Below the pieces are notes generated by a model. The model was not told where the DNA came from, did no database searches, and saw only the letters and a list, made by a program, of their open reading frames with translations. A stretch of DNA of 64,000 bases from an uncultured Micavibrio sp. (GTDB lineage: Bacteria > Pseudomonadota > Alphaproteobacteria > Micavibrionales > UBA2020): the NCBI GenBank assembly GCA_964551435.1, contig CAZKBS010000001.1, positions 285,422-349,421 on the forward strand, read 5' to 3'. The stretch's first letter is position 1; each line of letters begins with the position of its first letter. Shown piece after piece: positions 42,995 to 52,739 of this stretch. The translations under genes were made by a program, and so were the position numbers.

Positions 42995-45028
42995 GTGACA
43001 CGTCAACCATCCAAAAAGAAAAAAGGGCTGCGGGCACCGCCCCGCAGCTCTTCTTCTTCCCGCAGCAGCCCGCGGCGCAAGCGTGGCGGCGGCGGTTTTT
43101 CGTGGTGGCGTTTGTTTTTCACCCTCGGTCTGTTCGGCTTTGCGGGGTTTATGCTGGTGCTGGCATGGTTCGCCTATGACCTGCCCGACACGCGGGAGGT
43201 TCAGCCCGTCGACCACCGCCCCAGCATCACCGTGCTCGCGCATGACGGCACCATGATTGCCCGCTACGGCGGGCTGACAGGCGATATCGTCCGGGTGCGC
43301 GACTTGCCGCCCTATGTCGCAGGCGCCGTCATGGCCATCGAAGACCGCCGTTTTTACAGCCATTTCGGCGTCGACCCCTTCGGCCTTGCGCGCGCGATGT
43401 GGGTGAATGTCCGTGCGGGGCGCTTCGCGCAGGGCGGCTCCACCATCACCCAGCAGCTGGCGAAAAACCTTTTCCTCACGCCCGACAAAACCATCCGCCG
43501 CAAGGTGCAGGAGGCGATGCTCGCCCTCGTCATCGAATGGCGGCATGACAAGGATGAAATTCTTTCGGCTTACCTGAACCGCGTTTATTACGGCTCCGGC
43601 GCTTATGGCATCGACAGTGCCGCGCGCACCTATTTCGGCAAGAAGGCGAAAGATTTGACGCTGTGGGAAAGCGCCGTGCTGGCAGGGCTTTTGAAAGCGC
43701 CGTCGCGCTATTCGCCTGCGACCAATCCCAAACTGGCGCGTGACCGCGCCCGCGTTGTCGTGAATGCCATGGCCGAAGCCGGATTTATCGGCAAGCAGCA
43801 GCGCGATCAGGAAATCAAAAACGGCAAAATCGAACTGGCCGGCAGCCGCGAGGCAGGCGATCTCAACCGCTACTACGCCGACTGGATCATCAACCAGATC
43901 GACAGCTTTGTCGCCAATAACGACCGCGATATCGTGGTGCGCACGACGCTGGACGTGAATTTGCAAAAATTGGCCGAACAGAAGGTCGACGCCTATATCG
44001 CCAGCCTGAAGCCGGAAGACAAAGGCATGCAAACCGCCGTCGTCACCCTCGCCAAAGACGGCGCAGTGCTGGCGATGATTGGCGGCACCGATTATACCGA
44101 AAGCCAGTTCAACCGCGCGACACAGGCTTTCCGCCAGCCGGGATCTTCTTTCAAGCCGTTTGTTTTTCTGGCGGCGCTGGAAGCCGGCTATGAACCCGAT
44201 ACGCTGGTAGAAGACGCCCCCATAACAACCGGCAAATACCGCCCTAAAAACCATGATGGCAAATACTACGGCATGGTGACGATGACGGATGCGCTGGCGC
44301 TGTCGCTCAACACCGCGACTATCCGTATTCTGGAACAGGTAGGCGTATCCAAACTGATTGACGTCGCGCGCCGTCTGGGCTTCACCCAGCGCGTCGCGCC
44401 TGAGCTGGCCTCTGGCCTTGGTGCAAGCGAGGCGACGCTGATTGAAATGACCAATGCCTATGCGGTCATCGCCAACGGCGGCTATGCCATCTGGCCCTAC
44501 TCCGTACTGTCGGTCGAAGATACGGCGGGGAATATTCTTTACCGCCACACCCCTGTCAGCCCGGCGCGGTTGTTTGCAACGCGTGATATCAACAGTCTCG
44601 ATTCCATGCTGGTGCAGGTCGTTGCACGCGGCACGGGACAGGCGGCGCAGTTGAGCCACGGACACGTCGCGGGAAAAACCGGCACCTCGCAGAATTATCG
44701 CGATGCGTGGTTTGTTGGCTATACCGACCGTCTGGTCACAGGCGTCTGGATGGGCAATGACAACAACACGGCCATGCAGCGCGTATCGGGCGGCGGTGCG
44801 CCCGCGCGTCTGTGGCGCGCCTATATGGAAGACGCGATTGGTCAAAGCGTGCCGGTGTTTTCGCCGGAACTGCAGCGCAGCGGCCCGTCATCGCAGGGCG
44901 GTGACAGTTTTTCGGAGATGCTGGGGCGTCTTTTCGGCGGCGGCAGCGCCCCGACACCATCGGGCGCGGGCGGCGCCCTGCGCGACCGCTTCAAGGGCGA
45001 CAACTCCGCGCCCAGCTATAATAGATAA
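42995..45028 (+). CDS. class A penicillin-binding protein (transglycosylase/transpeptidase, PBP1A family)
   Basis: Glycosyltransferase motifs (EDRRFYSHFGVD, GGSTITQQLAKN) and transpeptidase motifs (SSFKP, KTGT). A basic Ser/Arg-rich N-terminal tail is followed by a TM segment. Confidence 0.92.
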   Translation: MTRQPSKKKKGLRAPPRSSSSSRSSPRRKRGGGGFSWWRLFFTLGLFGFAGFMLVLAWFAYDLPDTREVQPVDHRPSITVLAHDGTMIARYGGLTGDIVRVRDLPPYVAGAVMAIEDRRFYSHFGVDPFGLARAMWVNVRAGRFAQGGSTITQQLAKNLFLTPDKTIRRKVQEAMLALVIEWRHDKDEILSAYLNRVYYGSGAYGIDSAARTYFGKKAKDLTLWESAVLAGLLKAPSRYSPATNPKLARDRARVVVNAMAEAGFIGKQQRDQEIKNGKIELAGSREAGDLNRYYADWIINQIDSFVANNDRDIVVRTTLDVNLQKLAEQKVDAYIASLKPEDKGMQTAVVTLAKDGAVLAMIGGTDYTESQFNRATQAFRQPGSSFKPFVFLAALEAGYEPDTLVEDAPITTGKYRPKNHDGKYYGMVTMTDALALSLNTATIRILEQVGVSKLIDVARRLGFTQRVAPELASGLGASEATLIEMTNAYAVIANGGYAIWPYSVLSVEDTAGNILYRHTPVSPARLFATRDINSLDSMLVQVVARGTGQAAQLSHGHVAGKTGTSQNYRDAWFVGYTDRLVTGVWMGNDNNTAMQRVSGGGAPARLWRAYMEDAIGQSVPVFSPELQRSGPSSQGGDSFSEMLGRLFGGGSAPTPSGAGGALRDRFKGDNSAPSYNR

Positions 45029-45032
45029 AATT

Positions 45033-45428
45033 TCAGGTCGATATGCGCTTGCGTCTGTTTGCAGGCGCATGGCCAATCATCGGTTTGCGCCATAGTCCCA
45101 GCAGTTCGCAGTAGTTCTCGCGGCTGACGGGGGCGGCCCAGTGCGGCATGCGCGCACCGGTTTCCATGGCTTCTATGAATGCGCCCGGGAAAGAGTCGCG
45201 CTCTGCGCGCAGCCCTTGTTCGACGAGTGTTTTAGCCACAACCTCGGGCGCATGACCTGACAGCGCTGCCGTTTTTTCAATCGCCATATAGATACGATGA
45301 TTATCGTCGCGGCCCCTCAGCGTGCTGAACTGGTGCAGGAATGTTTTGCAAAAATGCAGCTCCAGCGCCGAGGCCTTTTCGGGAACGGCGGGCAGGCTAT
45401 AGGGGCGCGGGTGTAACGGGAATGTCAT
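45033..45428 (-). CDS. hypothetical protein (131 aa)
   Basis: ORF convergent with the PBP gene. No motif recognised. Confidence 0.45.
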   Translation of the reverse strand: MTFPLHPRPYSLPAVPEKASALELHFCKTFLHQFSTLRGRDDNHRIYMAIEKTAALSGHAPEVVAKTLVEQGLRAERDSFPGAFIEAMETGARMPHWAAPVSRENYCELLGLWRKPMIGHAPANRRKRIST

Positions 45429-45517
45429 GCGGCGATCCTTTTTGCGAAAGCAAAGACCTGTCTCACTGATTCCAGCATGCGCCGGAATAGGCTAATAAAT
45501 GGTTAAATATCAGCTGT

Positions 45518-46018
45518 TTAAGAATCTGCGCCGTCGTTTGTGGCGTCTATGTCATATCCATCCGCGCTGCCGCTGGCGGGGCGCGGAATATGGGCGCGGG
45601 CGATGGCGTCCACACGTTCGTTTTCGACGTGTCCGGCATGGCCCTTGACCCAGACCCATTTGACGTCATGGTTTTGCAAAAGCGCATCGATACGCTCCCA
45701 CAGGTCGCGGTTTTTGACTTCTTTTTTATCCGCCGTGCGCCAGCCGTTACGTTTCCAGTTGTGCATGTATTTGGTGACGCCTTCCATTACATACTTGCTG
45801 TCGGTGTGCAGCGTCACGCGGCAGGCGCTGTTGAGTGCCGAAAGGCCTTCGATAACCGCCATCATTTCCATGCGGTTGTTGGTGGTGTTTTCTTCGCCAC
45901 CGCCCAGTTCCTTTTCATGCGTGCCGTAACGCAGCAGCGCGCCCCAGCCGCCGGGGCCGGGGTTGCCGCTGCACGCGCCATCGGTAAACAGGTCGATATG
46001 CTTCCCTTTACCCGTCAT
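45518..46018 (-). CDS. rnhA: ribonuclease HI
   Basis: [24 protein letters not shown] and [15 protein letters not shown] motifs. It overlaps thrB by 4 nt. Confidence 0.95.
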   Translation of the reverse strand: MTGKGKHIDLFTDGACSGNPGPGGWGALLRYGTHEKELGGGEENTTNNRMEMMAVIEGLSALNSACRVTLHTDSKYVMEGVTKYMHNWKRNGWRTADKKEVKNRDLWERIDALLQNHDVKWVWVKGHAGHVENERVDAIARAHIPRPASGSADGYDIDATNDGADS

Positions 46019-46992
46019 GGCGAAAATCCATAGTCGGCGGCGCTGTGCGCGGATTGATGAAACCGCAGGATACGTACATGTTCCATCGGGTCTTTGGGCG
46101 TCACGACAGCGTCTTTAGCGGGGTTGAACCAGTCATACATGCGCGTGGCGACGATGCGCAGCGCCGCGGCACGGCCCAAAAACGGCAAGGCCTTGATTTC
46201 TTCCGCCGACAGCGGCCGCACGGTGTGGTAGGCCGCCAGCAGCGCCGCGGATTTCGCACGGTCGAGCATCCCAGTCTTGTCAAAACACCATGGGTTCAGC
46301 GTCAGCATCAAATCATAGGCAAAGGTTTCGGTGCAGGCGAAATAAAAATCAATCACACCGCTGAGCGCGCCGTCTTTAAAAAACACGTTATCGGGGAAAA
46401 GATCGGCATGCACCGCGCCTTGCGGCAAATGCCGCGGCCAGTTTTTTTCAATGTCGTAAAGCGCGCTTGATAGCTGGCCGGACAATCCGGTTTCCAGTGT
46501 ATCTGCTTCGCGCATGCAGGCGCTTATCAGGCTGCGCCATGCGGCGGGGCCCATGCCGTTTTTGCGTTTCGGACTGAAATCTTTCGCCGCCAGATGCATG
46601 CGTGCCAGCGTTTCGCCGACTGCGACAGCATGCGCGGGGGTAATCTCGTGCGGCCAGGCCCCGTCAAGAAACGTGGTGATGATGGCAGGCTTGCCCGCCA
46701 GTGTAAAAATTTCCGCGCCGCTGCGGCTTTTTTCGGCGGCGGGGCAATCAATGCCACGCGTGCGCAGATGCCGCATGTAGCCGAGATAAAACGGCAGTTC
46801 CTCCTCATTCACGCGCTTTTCGAATAGCGTCAGGATATAACGCCGTGCCGTGCCGTTTTTGTTTGTGAACAGATGGTAGTTGCTGTTTTCAACGCCATCG
46901 GAAATGCCTTCGAACCCTGTAAGGGTGCCGATGTCAAAAGCGTCCAGCGCTTTTTGCAATTCCTGTTTGGTGATGCGGGTATAAACAGCCAT
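46015..46992 (-). CDS. thrB: homoserine kinase, type II (APH-fold ThrB)
   Basis: [24 protein letters not shown]...[12 protein letters not shown]-terminus, and [12 protein letters not shown] plus GVIDFYFAC catalytic motifs. Confidence 0.88.
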   Translation of the reverse strand: MAVYTRITKQELQKALDAFDIGTLTGFEGISDGVENSNYHLFTNKNGTARRYILTLFEKRVNEEELPFYLGYMRHLRTRGIDCPAAEKSRSGAEIFTLAGKPAIITTFLDGAWPHEITPAHAVAVGETLARMHLAAKDFSPKRKNGMGPAAWRSLISACMREADTLETGLSGQLSSALYDIEKNWPRHLPQGAVHADLFPDNVFFKDGALSGVIDFYFACTETFAYDLMLTLNPWCFDKTGMLDRAKSAALLAAYHTVRPLSAEEIKALPFLGRAAALRIVATRMYDWFNPAKDAVVTPKDPMEHVRILRFHQSAHSAADYGFSP

Positions 46993-47017
46993 GCACGGCA
47001 GATTAATGCCCGCAAAA

Positions 47018-47050
47018 GCGAAAGGGAATCATTTTCTGATTCCCTTTCGT
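47018..47050. terminator. strong hairpin terminator (bidirectional) downstream of ORF 47080-47613
   Basis: GCGAAAGGGAATC 47018-47030 pairs with GATTCCCTTTCG(t) 47038-47050. TTTTG follows on the minus strand. Confidence 0.6.
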
Positions 47051-47079
47051 GTTTTCGCTGTGTGCGGGATACCTGATGG

Positions 47080-47613
47080 TCAGGGGCGCCAGTGCATGCC
47101 GAATTCGCGTATCGGCGCGGGCGGCGCCATGCCGCCGCTTTGTGCGGGCTGGAAGGGATAAACGGCTTCCTTGCCGTCCAGCACGGTTACGCGGCCATCC
47201 TCGCCGATGCGGCCGGGGATATACTGGCGGCTGCGTTTTTCGACCACTTCGAACTGGCCGTCTTCGCCCGTGAAGTTGATCACGATGCGTTTGTCATGCG
47301 GGTTGCTGGATTGCACTTCGACGGCGGGGCGCGTCGGCGTGCCTTCAATCACAAAAGGAGACGCGCTGTTGATTTTTTCGATTTCATACATCAGCTCGGC
47401 AATCGCGAGCTTGCGGGTATAGGGGTCGGGGTTGAACGGCTGGTCACCGGCATCCAGCACGGCGGTGCGGACAGCCGCGGCCCATGCGTCGAAACCTTCG
47501 GTGTTTTCGGGGGATGTTTTCGAATCCTTCGCGCGGAACGTCAACATATAGCCAAGGCCGCCATCAATGTGCGGGCTTTTGACGTCAATCGCCAGACAAT
47601 AGGTCTTCGCCAT
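47080..47613 (-). CDS. hypothetical protein (177 aa)
   Basis: Balanced composition, its own terminator, and no signal peptide. No motif recognised. Confidence 0.55.
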   Translation of the reverse strand: MAKTYCLAIDVKSPHIDGGLGYMLTFRAKDSKTSPENTEGFDAWAAAVRTAVLDAGDQPFNPDPYTRKLAIAELMYEIEKINSASPFVIEGTPTRPAVEVQSSNPHDKRIVINFTGEDGQFEVVEKRSRQYIPGRIGEDGRVTVLDGKEAVYPFQPAQSGGMAPPAPIREFGMHWRP

Positions 47614-47849
47614 AACAGTCCTTTCGTTATTCTGTGTCGATACCCTCTATCAGCACACGTTTTTTGTAAACGTACAAACGAATAGGCAGTCAGTGTCTGC
47701 AATGCTTCCTTTGAAATCGAAAATAACTATAGGGATGGGGGTCTCAAAATCAAGGCGAAATTTTTGCCGCCCGATTTCAATGTTTTAACTGGTGCTATGC
47801 GATGCTGCGATGCGCAAGTGCCGGGCGCGCCGGCACGGATGTTCCGTAA

Positions 47850-48827
47850 TCACGTCGCAAGGACACGCGGAATTTTGAACTGGATGTTTTCTTCGGCGAC
47901 AACGGCGGTTTGCACGGTGACGCTGAAACGCGCGCGCGCAGCGTCAATCACCCCTTGCACCAAAACTTCGGGCGCGCTGGCGCCGGCGGTCAGCCCCAGC
48001 GTGCGGATATCGCCCAGCGCTTTCCAGTCGATATCTTCCGCCTTGTCGGCCAGAACCGCATGCTTGGCGCCATAGGCGCGCGCAACCTCGACAAGGCGGT
48101 TGGAATTCGATGAATTGCGCGAACCAATGACAATCACCGCATCCGCGCGCGGCGCGATATCCTTGACCGCCAGCTGGCGGTTGGTGGTTGCGTAGCAAAT
48201 ATCCTCTTTTTTAGGCGGCGCGATATCCGGATAGCGCATTTGCAGCGCCGCCACGATATCCGCCGTATCATCGACCGATAGCGTGGTTTGCGTGACGTAG
48301 GATAATTTGACGTCGCTGCCGAAACTGAGTTTTTCAACATCCGCGGCGCTTTCAATCAGCGTGACGGCGCCATCGGGCAGCTGCCCCATGGTGCCGACGA
48401 CTTCGGGGTGTCCGGCGTGGCCGATCAGAATAATATGGCAGCCGTTGCGGTGATGAAGCTCCGCCTCGCGGTGCACCTTGCTGACGAGCGGGCAAGTGGC
48501 ATCGACATAAATCATGTTCCGCCTTGCGGCTTCATCCGGCACGCGTTTGGGCACGCCATGCGCGGAGAAAATGACGGGGGCGCCTTCCGGCACCTCGTCG
48601 AGTTCCTTGACGAAAACGGCACCTTTGGCGCGCAGATCGTCCAATACATGTTTGTTGTGTACGATTTCATGGCGCACATAAACTGGCGCGCCGAATTTTT
48701 GCAGCGATTTTTCGACGATTTCAATCGCCCGCTCGACGCCTGCACAAAAACCGCGCGGCTGTGCCAGCAGGATCGTCAGGGCCGGTTTTTGCGAACTGTC
48801 GGGCTTATGGGGCGCATTTGCTGTCAT
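47850..48827 (-). CDS. ispH: 4-hydroxy-3-methylbut-2-enyl diphosphate reductase
   Basis: From ATG 48827: ...[22 protein letters not shown], then SAHGV and TCPLVSKVH motifs. The 5-prime 259 codons of the listed ORF are an artefact overlapping a plus-strand lipoprotein gene. Confidence 0.95.
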   Translation of the reverse strand: MTANAPHKPDSSQKPALTILLAQPRGFCAGVERAIEIVEKSLQKFGAPVYVRHEIVHNKHVLDDLRAKGAVFVKELDEVPEGAPVIFSAHGVPKRVPDEAARRNMIYVDATCPLVSKVHREAELHHRNGCHIILIGHAGHPEVVGTMGQLPDGAVTLIESAADVEKLSFGSDVKLSYVTQTTLSVDDTADIVAALQMRYPDIAPPKKEDICYATTNRQLAVKDIAPRADAVIVIGSRNSSNSNRLVEVARAYGAKHAVLADKAEDIDWKALGDIRTLGLTAGASAPEVLVQGVIDAARARFSVTVQTAVVAEENIQFKIPRVLAT

Positions 48828-48932
48828 GCCCGAAATATAGGCGCGCCGGGGCGGCCTGTCGAGTCTGCATCCGGCTTGCCGCGCGGCGGCGGGAAGGTTA
48901 TGCTGGCGCAGCTGAATAAACGGAGGCCAGAG

Positions 48933-49562
48933 ATGACTTTTTCGCTGCAGCGCCCGCAACGCATATTTGCCGTCCCTCGTGCGCGGTTTGCCGCCTTTTT
49001 GCTGGCGGGGCTTTTGCTGCTGGCAGGCTGCGCCGGAAAGCCGCCCGCGGCGCTGCCGCCCTGTCCTGACACCGGTCTGGTGCTGGGTGCATCGCAGCTT
49101 TACGATTTCAAGGCCGGCGCCGAAAAAACCGAGCCTAACCGCATTATCGCCGCGCGCATCGATAATTACCGCGGTGCCTGCCGTTATGACGGCGCGCAGA
49201 TGGATTTTGATCTGGAGCTGGATTTTTCCGCATGGCGCGGCGCACAAGGCACAACGCTCGAGCGCGGCCAGTTTCCATATTTTATAGCTGTTCTGGATGC
49301 CGAGGAGAGTGTCTTGCAGCGTCAGGCCTTTTCCACTACCGTCGCCTTCGATAAAACGGGGGCTGGCCTTAAAACCGAAAAGCACCGCCTGCGGTTGCCG
49401 CTGGCGGAGCCCAAAGAGGCCGCCGGATACAAGGTCGTCATCGGCTTTCAACTGACGCCGGAGCAACTGGCCTATAACCGCGGCGACGAAAAACCCGCGC
49501 CCGCGCCGGCAAAGGCGCCCAAAGCGCAAAAGCAAAAAAATAATCGTCTCCGAAATGACTGA
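48933..49562 (+). CDS. lipoprotein of unknown function with a Lys/Ala/Pro-rich C-terminal tail
   Basis: CGGAGG Shine-Dalgarno element plus ATG 48933, signal peptide with a lipobox ([12 protein letters not shown]), and a C-terminal tail [17 protein letters not shown]. Confidence 0.65.
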   Translation: MTFSLQRPQRIFAVPRARFAAFLLAGLLLLAGCAGKPPAALPPCPDTGLVLGASQLYDFKAGAEKTEPNRIIAARIDNYRGACRYDGAQMDFDLELDFSAWRGAQGTTLERGQFPYFIAVLDAEESVLQRQAFSTTVAFDKTGAGLKTEKHRLRLPLAEPKEAAGYKVVIGFQLTPEQLAYNRGDEKPAPAPAKAPKAQKQKNNRLRND

Positions 49563-49609
49563 ACGCCGCCGCGCGGCATGAACCGACACTTCACACAAGG
49601 ACAACGCAC

Positions 49610-50224
49610 ATGACTTTTGATACCGCGGCCTTCTGGCAATCCGAATTCGCCGAACATGCGGCCTGCTTCGAGGCCACGCACAAAAAACTCGCGCCCGCTT
49701 TCACCGCGCTTTTGGATGCTGCGGCAAAAACCATCGAAAACGGCGGCAAAATCCTGTTCTTCGGCAATGGCGGCTCCGCGGCGGATGCGCAGCATCTCGC
49801 GACTGAATTGACGGTGCGCTACAAAAAAGATCGTGCCCCCATCGCGGCGATTGCGCTGACGACCGATACCTCTGCGCTGTCGGCGATTGGGAATGATTTC
49901 GGATTTGAATTTCTTTTCTCGCGCCAGGTCGAAGCGCTTGGCCGCAAGGGCGACCTTGCCATCGGCATTTCCACGTCCGGCAACAGCGGCAACGTTATCA
50001 AAGCGCTTGAAAGCTGCCGCGCCATTGGCATCACCACCGTCGGTTTTACAGGCGAGACGGGCGGCAAGATGCCGCCGCTCTGCGATATCCTTTTGAACGT
50101 GCCTTGTAAAACCACGGCGCGCATTCAGGAAATGCATATCATGCTGGGTCAGATGCTGTGCGGCGGCCTCGAAATGAAACTTGGTCTGGTGCCCGTCGAA
50201 ACGGCGCAAAAACTGGCTGTATAA
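49610..50224 (+). CDS. gmhA: SIS-domain phosphoheptose isomerase (GmhA/DiaA family)
   Basis: [20 protein letters not shown] and [11 protein letters not shown] motifs. Confidence 0.85.
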   Translation: MTFDTAAFWQSEFAEHAACFEATHKKLAPAFTALLDAAAKTIENGGKILFFGNGGSAADAQHLATELTVRYKKDRAPIAAIALTTDTSALSAIGNDFGFEFLFSRQVEALGRKGDLAIGISTSGNSGNVIKALESCRAIGITTVGFTGETGGKMPPLCDILLNVPCKTTARIQEMHIMLGQMLCGGLEMKLGLVPVETAQKLAV

Positions 50225-50237
50225 AGCGGGGGGTGCG

Positions 50238-50483
50238 ATGTCCAAAGACAAAGAACTCGATAAACTCAGTTTCGAAGACGCGCTGGGCGAGCTGGAAAAA
50301 ATCGTGCGCCAGCTGGAATCCGGCACGGGCGATTTGAAAACGTCGATCGATTCATATGAACGCGGCATGACGCTGAAAAACTTCTGCGAGGCGAAGCTCA
50401 AGGAAGCACAGGGGCGTATCGAGAAAATCACGCTTGCCGCCGACGGTACGGCCAAAGCCGAAGCGTTTTCTCTTTCCGAATAA
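50238..50483 (+). CDS. xseB: exodeoxyribonuclease VII small subunit
   Basis: From ATG 50238: ...LSFEDALGELEKIVRQLESG..L..S...YERGM.L...C, the XseB signature. Confidence 0.88.
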   Translation: MSKDKELDKLSFEDALGELEKIVRQLESGTGDLKTSIDSYERGMTLKNFCEAKLKEAQGRIEKITLAADGTAKAEAFSLSE

Positions 50484-50509
50484 ATCTGCTGGCGGTGGCT
50501 TTGCGTCGC

Positions 50510-50941
50510 TTAGGAATGGCGGCGCGTGAAGACATGCACGCTGGCGTGCAATATGCGCGGGCTGCCTGCATCGCGCAGTATTTTCGCAACATCGTCGTGT
50601 CCGGCGCTTTCGGCCCAGTCGGCGGGGCTTTTGCCCATCAAACAGCAATTCGCTGAAACACCTTTTTCAAGCAGCAGGCGGACGGTTTCTGTATCGCCCT
50701 GACGCGCGGCGATGCAAAGGCCCATCGCGGGCACCATGTCGTTGGTCGGGATGTGATAGGTCTGCATCATGCCCGCGGCTTTGTGGCCGTCGCGTTTTTC
50801 AACGGCGCTTAGAAACTGGTGATTGATATCGACGGTGGAAAGCGCCGCTGCGCATTCCTTGTCTTCTCCGAGGCGGTTGAATTCATCGACGATGGGTTTG
50901 AGCATAGGAACCCCGCTGGCGCACGGCTTTTCAATTTTCAT
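50510..50941 (-). CDS. ankyrin-repeat protein (144 aa)
   Basis: From ATG 50941. Ankyrin-type repeats: GLCIAARQGDTETVRLLLEKGVSAN and KSPADWAESAGHDDVAKILRDAG. GC is lower than in the flanks. Confidence 0.7.
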   Translation of the reverse strand: MKIEKPCASGVPMLKPIVDEFNRLGEDKECAAALSTVDINHQFLSAVEKRDGHKAAGMMQTYHIPTNDMVPAMGLCIAARQGDTETVRLLLEKGVSANCCLMGKSPADWAESAGHDDVAKILRDAGSPRILHASVHVFTRRHS

Positions 50942-51080
50942 ATTGTTACCAGATTCCTTTATTGGCGTCAATAATATGAATAATACTGCTTTGTCACGAA
51001 TCGAAAAAAGATGACTTTTTTCTGTGGCTTGCGGTATAAAAAGAAACCCTTTTAACACTCTGCTCAGGAAACCTAAAGAC

Positions 51081-51989
51081 ATGGCGCCATCCCTTAGAGA
51101 GGCCTCCCCCAAGCTGAAAGACGCGATGGAGGATTGCCGCGAGAAGATGCAAAAAACCATCTCGAGTCTCCTGCCGCAGACCGACCTTGCCGAAGCCCCG
51201 CTGTTCGAAGCGATGCGCTATGCCGCACTGAATGGCGGTAAACGCCTGCGCCCGTTCATGGTGCTTGAAGGCGCGCGCGTGTTCGGCGTCGATCAGGGCC
51301 GCGCGCGCCGCGTCGCTGCAGCCGCCGAATTCGTGCATTGTTATTCGCTTGTCCACGACGACCTGCCGGCGATGGACAATTCCGATACCCGCCGCGGCAA
51401 ACCCGCGCTGCACAAAGCTTTTGACGAAGCGACCGCCATTCTGGCCGGTGACGCACTTTTGACGCTGGCCTTTGAAATTCTCGCTGATCCTGAAACGCAC
51501 GAAGATCCGCGCGTGCGTGTTGAACTGATTGCCCTGCTTGCAGGCGCGATCGGCATGCACGGTATGGTCGGCGGCCAGATGCTTGACCTTATCGGTGAAA
51601 AGCAGGAATTCGACGTCGGCACTATCAGCCGGCTGCAGCGCTTGAAAACCGGCAAGCTGATTGCGTTCTGCTGCGAAGCTGGCGCCATTCTTGGCAAAGC
51701 CAATCCGGCGCACCGCCAGTCGCTGCGCAACTATGCGCATGATCTCGGCCTTGCGTTTCAGGTGACGGACGACCTCCTTGACCTCGAAGGCAAGGCGGAA
51801 GAGCTGGGCAAACCCGTCGGACAGGATGCGAAAAAAGCGACCTTCGTATCGACCATGGGTGTCGAACAGGCGCGCGCCCGTGCGCAAATGCTGGTTGACC
51901 AGTCGGTTTCGCATCTGCGCGTGTTTGACGGCGGCCGTGTCGACCTGCTCAAAGACCTCGCCTATTACGTGCTGGAACGCCGCGTTTAA
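51081..51989 (+). CDS. ispA: (2E,6E)-farnesyl diphosphate synthase / polyprenyl synthetase
   Basis: First and second Asp-rich motifs (LVHDDLPAMDNSDTRRG, FQVTDDLLD). Start ATG 51081. Confidence 0.92.
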   Translation: MAPSLREASPKLKDAMEDCREKMQKTISSLLPQTDLAEAPLFEAMRYAALNGGKRLRPFMVLEGARVFGVDQGRARRVAAAAEFVHCYSLVHDDLPAMDNSDTRRGKPALHKAFDEATAILAGDALLTLAFEILADPETHEDPRVRVELIALLAGAIGMHGMVGGQMLDLIGEKQEFDVGTISRLQRLKTGKLIAFCCEAGAILGKANPAHRQSLRNYAHDLGLAFQVTDDLLDLEGKAEELGKPVGQDAKKATFVSTMGVEQARARAQMLVDQSVSHLRVFDGGRVDLLKDLAYYVLERRV

Positions 51990-52063
51990 TTTACACCGGA
52001 CAGCTTTACAAACCAGCCCTGCTTGCCTACCTTAATAACGGGTTTTGCAACAGGGGGTTTCCT

Positions 52064-52723
52064 ATGCGCTTTTTTGCCGTTTTGACGACTGCTTTCTCTC
52101 TTTTCACCGCCGTGCCCGCCATGGCGGAAATGGCCATTGCCACCACGCCGCAGGCCGCGGTTGAAGCGCCAGCAGCGGCGGATGACGCCTTCGCCTGGCA
52201 TGAACGCAGCATCGGTAATATTGATGCGCCCGTGACGATTGTTGAATATGCGTCGCTGACCTGCGGGCATTGCGCGGCTTTTCATGAACTCGTGCTGCCG
52301 CATGTCAAAGCCGAACTGATCGATACCGGCAAGGCGCGTCTTGTTTATCGCGACTTCCCGCTGAACGGCGGCGCGGTCAAGGCGGCGAAGCTGGCGCGCT
52401 GCATGCCGGAGCAAAGATATTTCCCCTTCGTCGCCAGCCTGTTCAAGACACAGCAAACATGGGCGCAAAGCGAAGATCTTGATGCAGCTTTGCTCAAGCT
52501 CTCTGCCCTCGCCGGGCTGGAGGAGCAGAAAGCGCGTGACTGCCTCGCCAACCGCCCACTTGAAGATAAAATCCTTCAGGTCATGCAAGAAGGCCAGATG
52601 AAATACCGCGTCAACTCGACGCCGTCTTTCGTATTTTATGGCGACAAGGGCGAACAGCTGCAGGAATACAAACCCTTCACCGACCTGATGCAAAAACACT
52701 TCAAGGATGCGCATAAACACTAA
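52064..52723 (+). CDS. DsbA-family periplasmic thiol:disulfide oxidoreductase
   Basis: Signal peptide (AVPAMA) and the CGHC active site in EYASLTCGHCAAFH. Confidence 0.85.
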   Translation: MRFFAVLTTAFSLFTAVPAMAEMAIATTPQAAVEAPAAADDAFAWHERSIGNIDAPVTIVEYASLTCGHCAAFHELVLPHVKAELIDTGKARLVYRDFPLNGGAVKAAKLARCMPEQRYFPFVASLFKTQQTWAQSEDLDAALLKLSALAGLEEQKARDCLANRPLEDKILQVMQEGQMKYRVNSTPSFVFYGDKGEQLQEYKPFTDLMQKHFKDAHKH

Positions 52724-52739
52724 GCGCGTCTTTTTCCTT

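Noticed and set aside
42617-44845. A 742-aa minus-strand ORF. Similar long antisense ORFs lie at 13016-14473, 3944-5077, 23365-24900, 24942-26141, 41646-43037, 55222-56454, 28703-29611, 21088-21972, 49472-50455 and 50994-51914.
   Set aside because: Each is the mirror frame of a confidently identified gene (PBP1A, rho, guaC, prmA, the thiolases, dxs, mnmG, the 20896 paralog, gmhA/xseB, ispA). Each has the skewed R/A/G composition of antisense translation.
47711-47780. A 9-bp long-range inverted repeat, TTGAAATCG...CGATTTCAA, between ispH and ORF 47080-47613, considered as a possible sRNA or terminator.
   Set aside because: No flanking promoter or T-run on either strand, and the 52-nt interior shows no convincing structure. 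It is noted but not callable.
47850-49604. A 584-aa version of the ispH ORF, and the 384-aa plus-strand ORF at 48408-49562.
   Set aside because: Only the last 325 codons of the minus-strand ORF are IspH (start ATG 48827). Only the last 209 codons of the plus-strand ORF form a sensible lipoprotein gene (Shine-Dalgarno element plus ATG 48933). The remaining parts are mutual antisense read-through.
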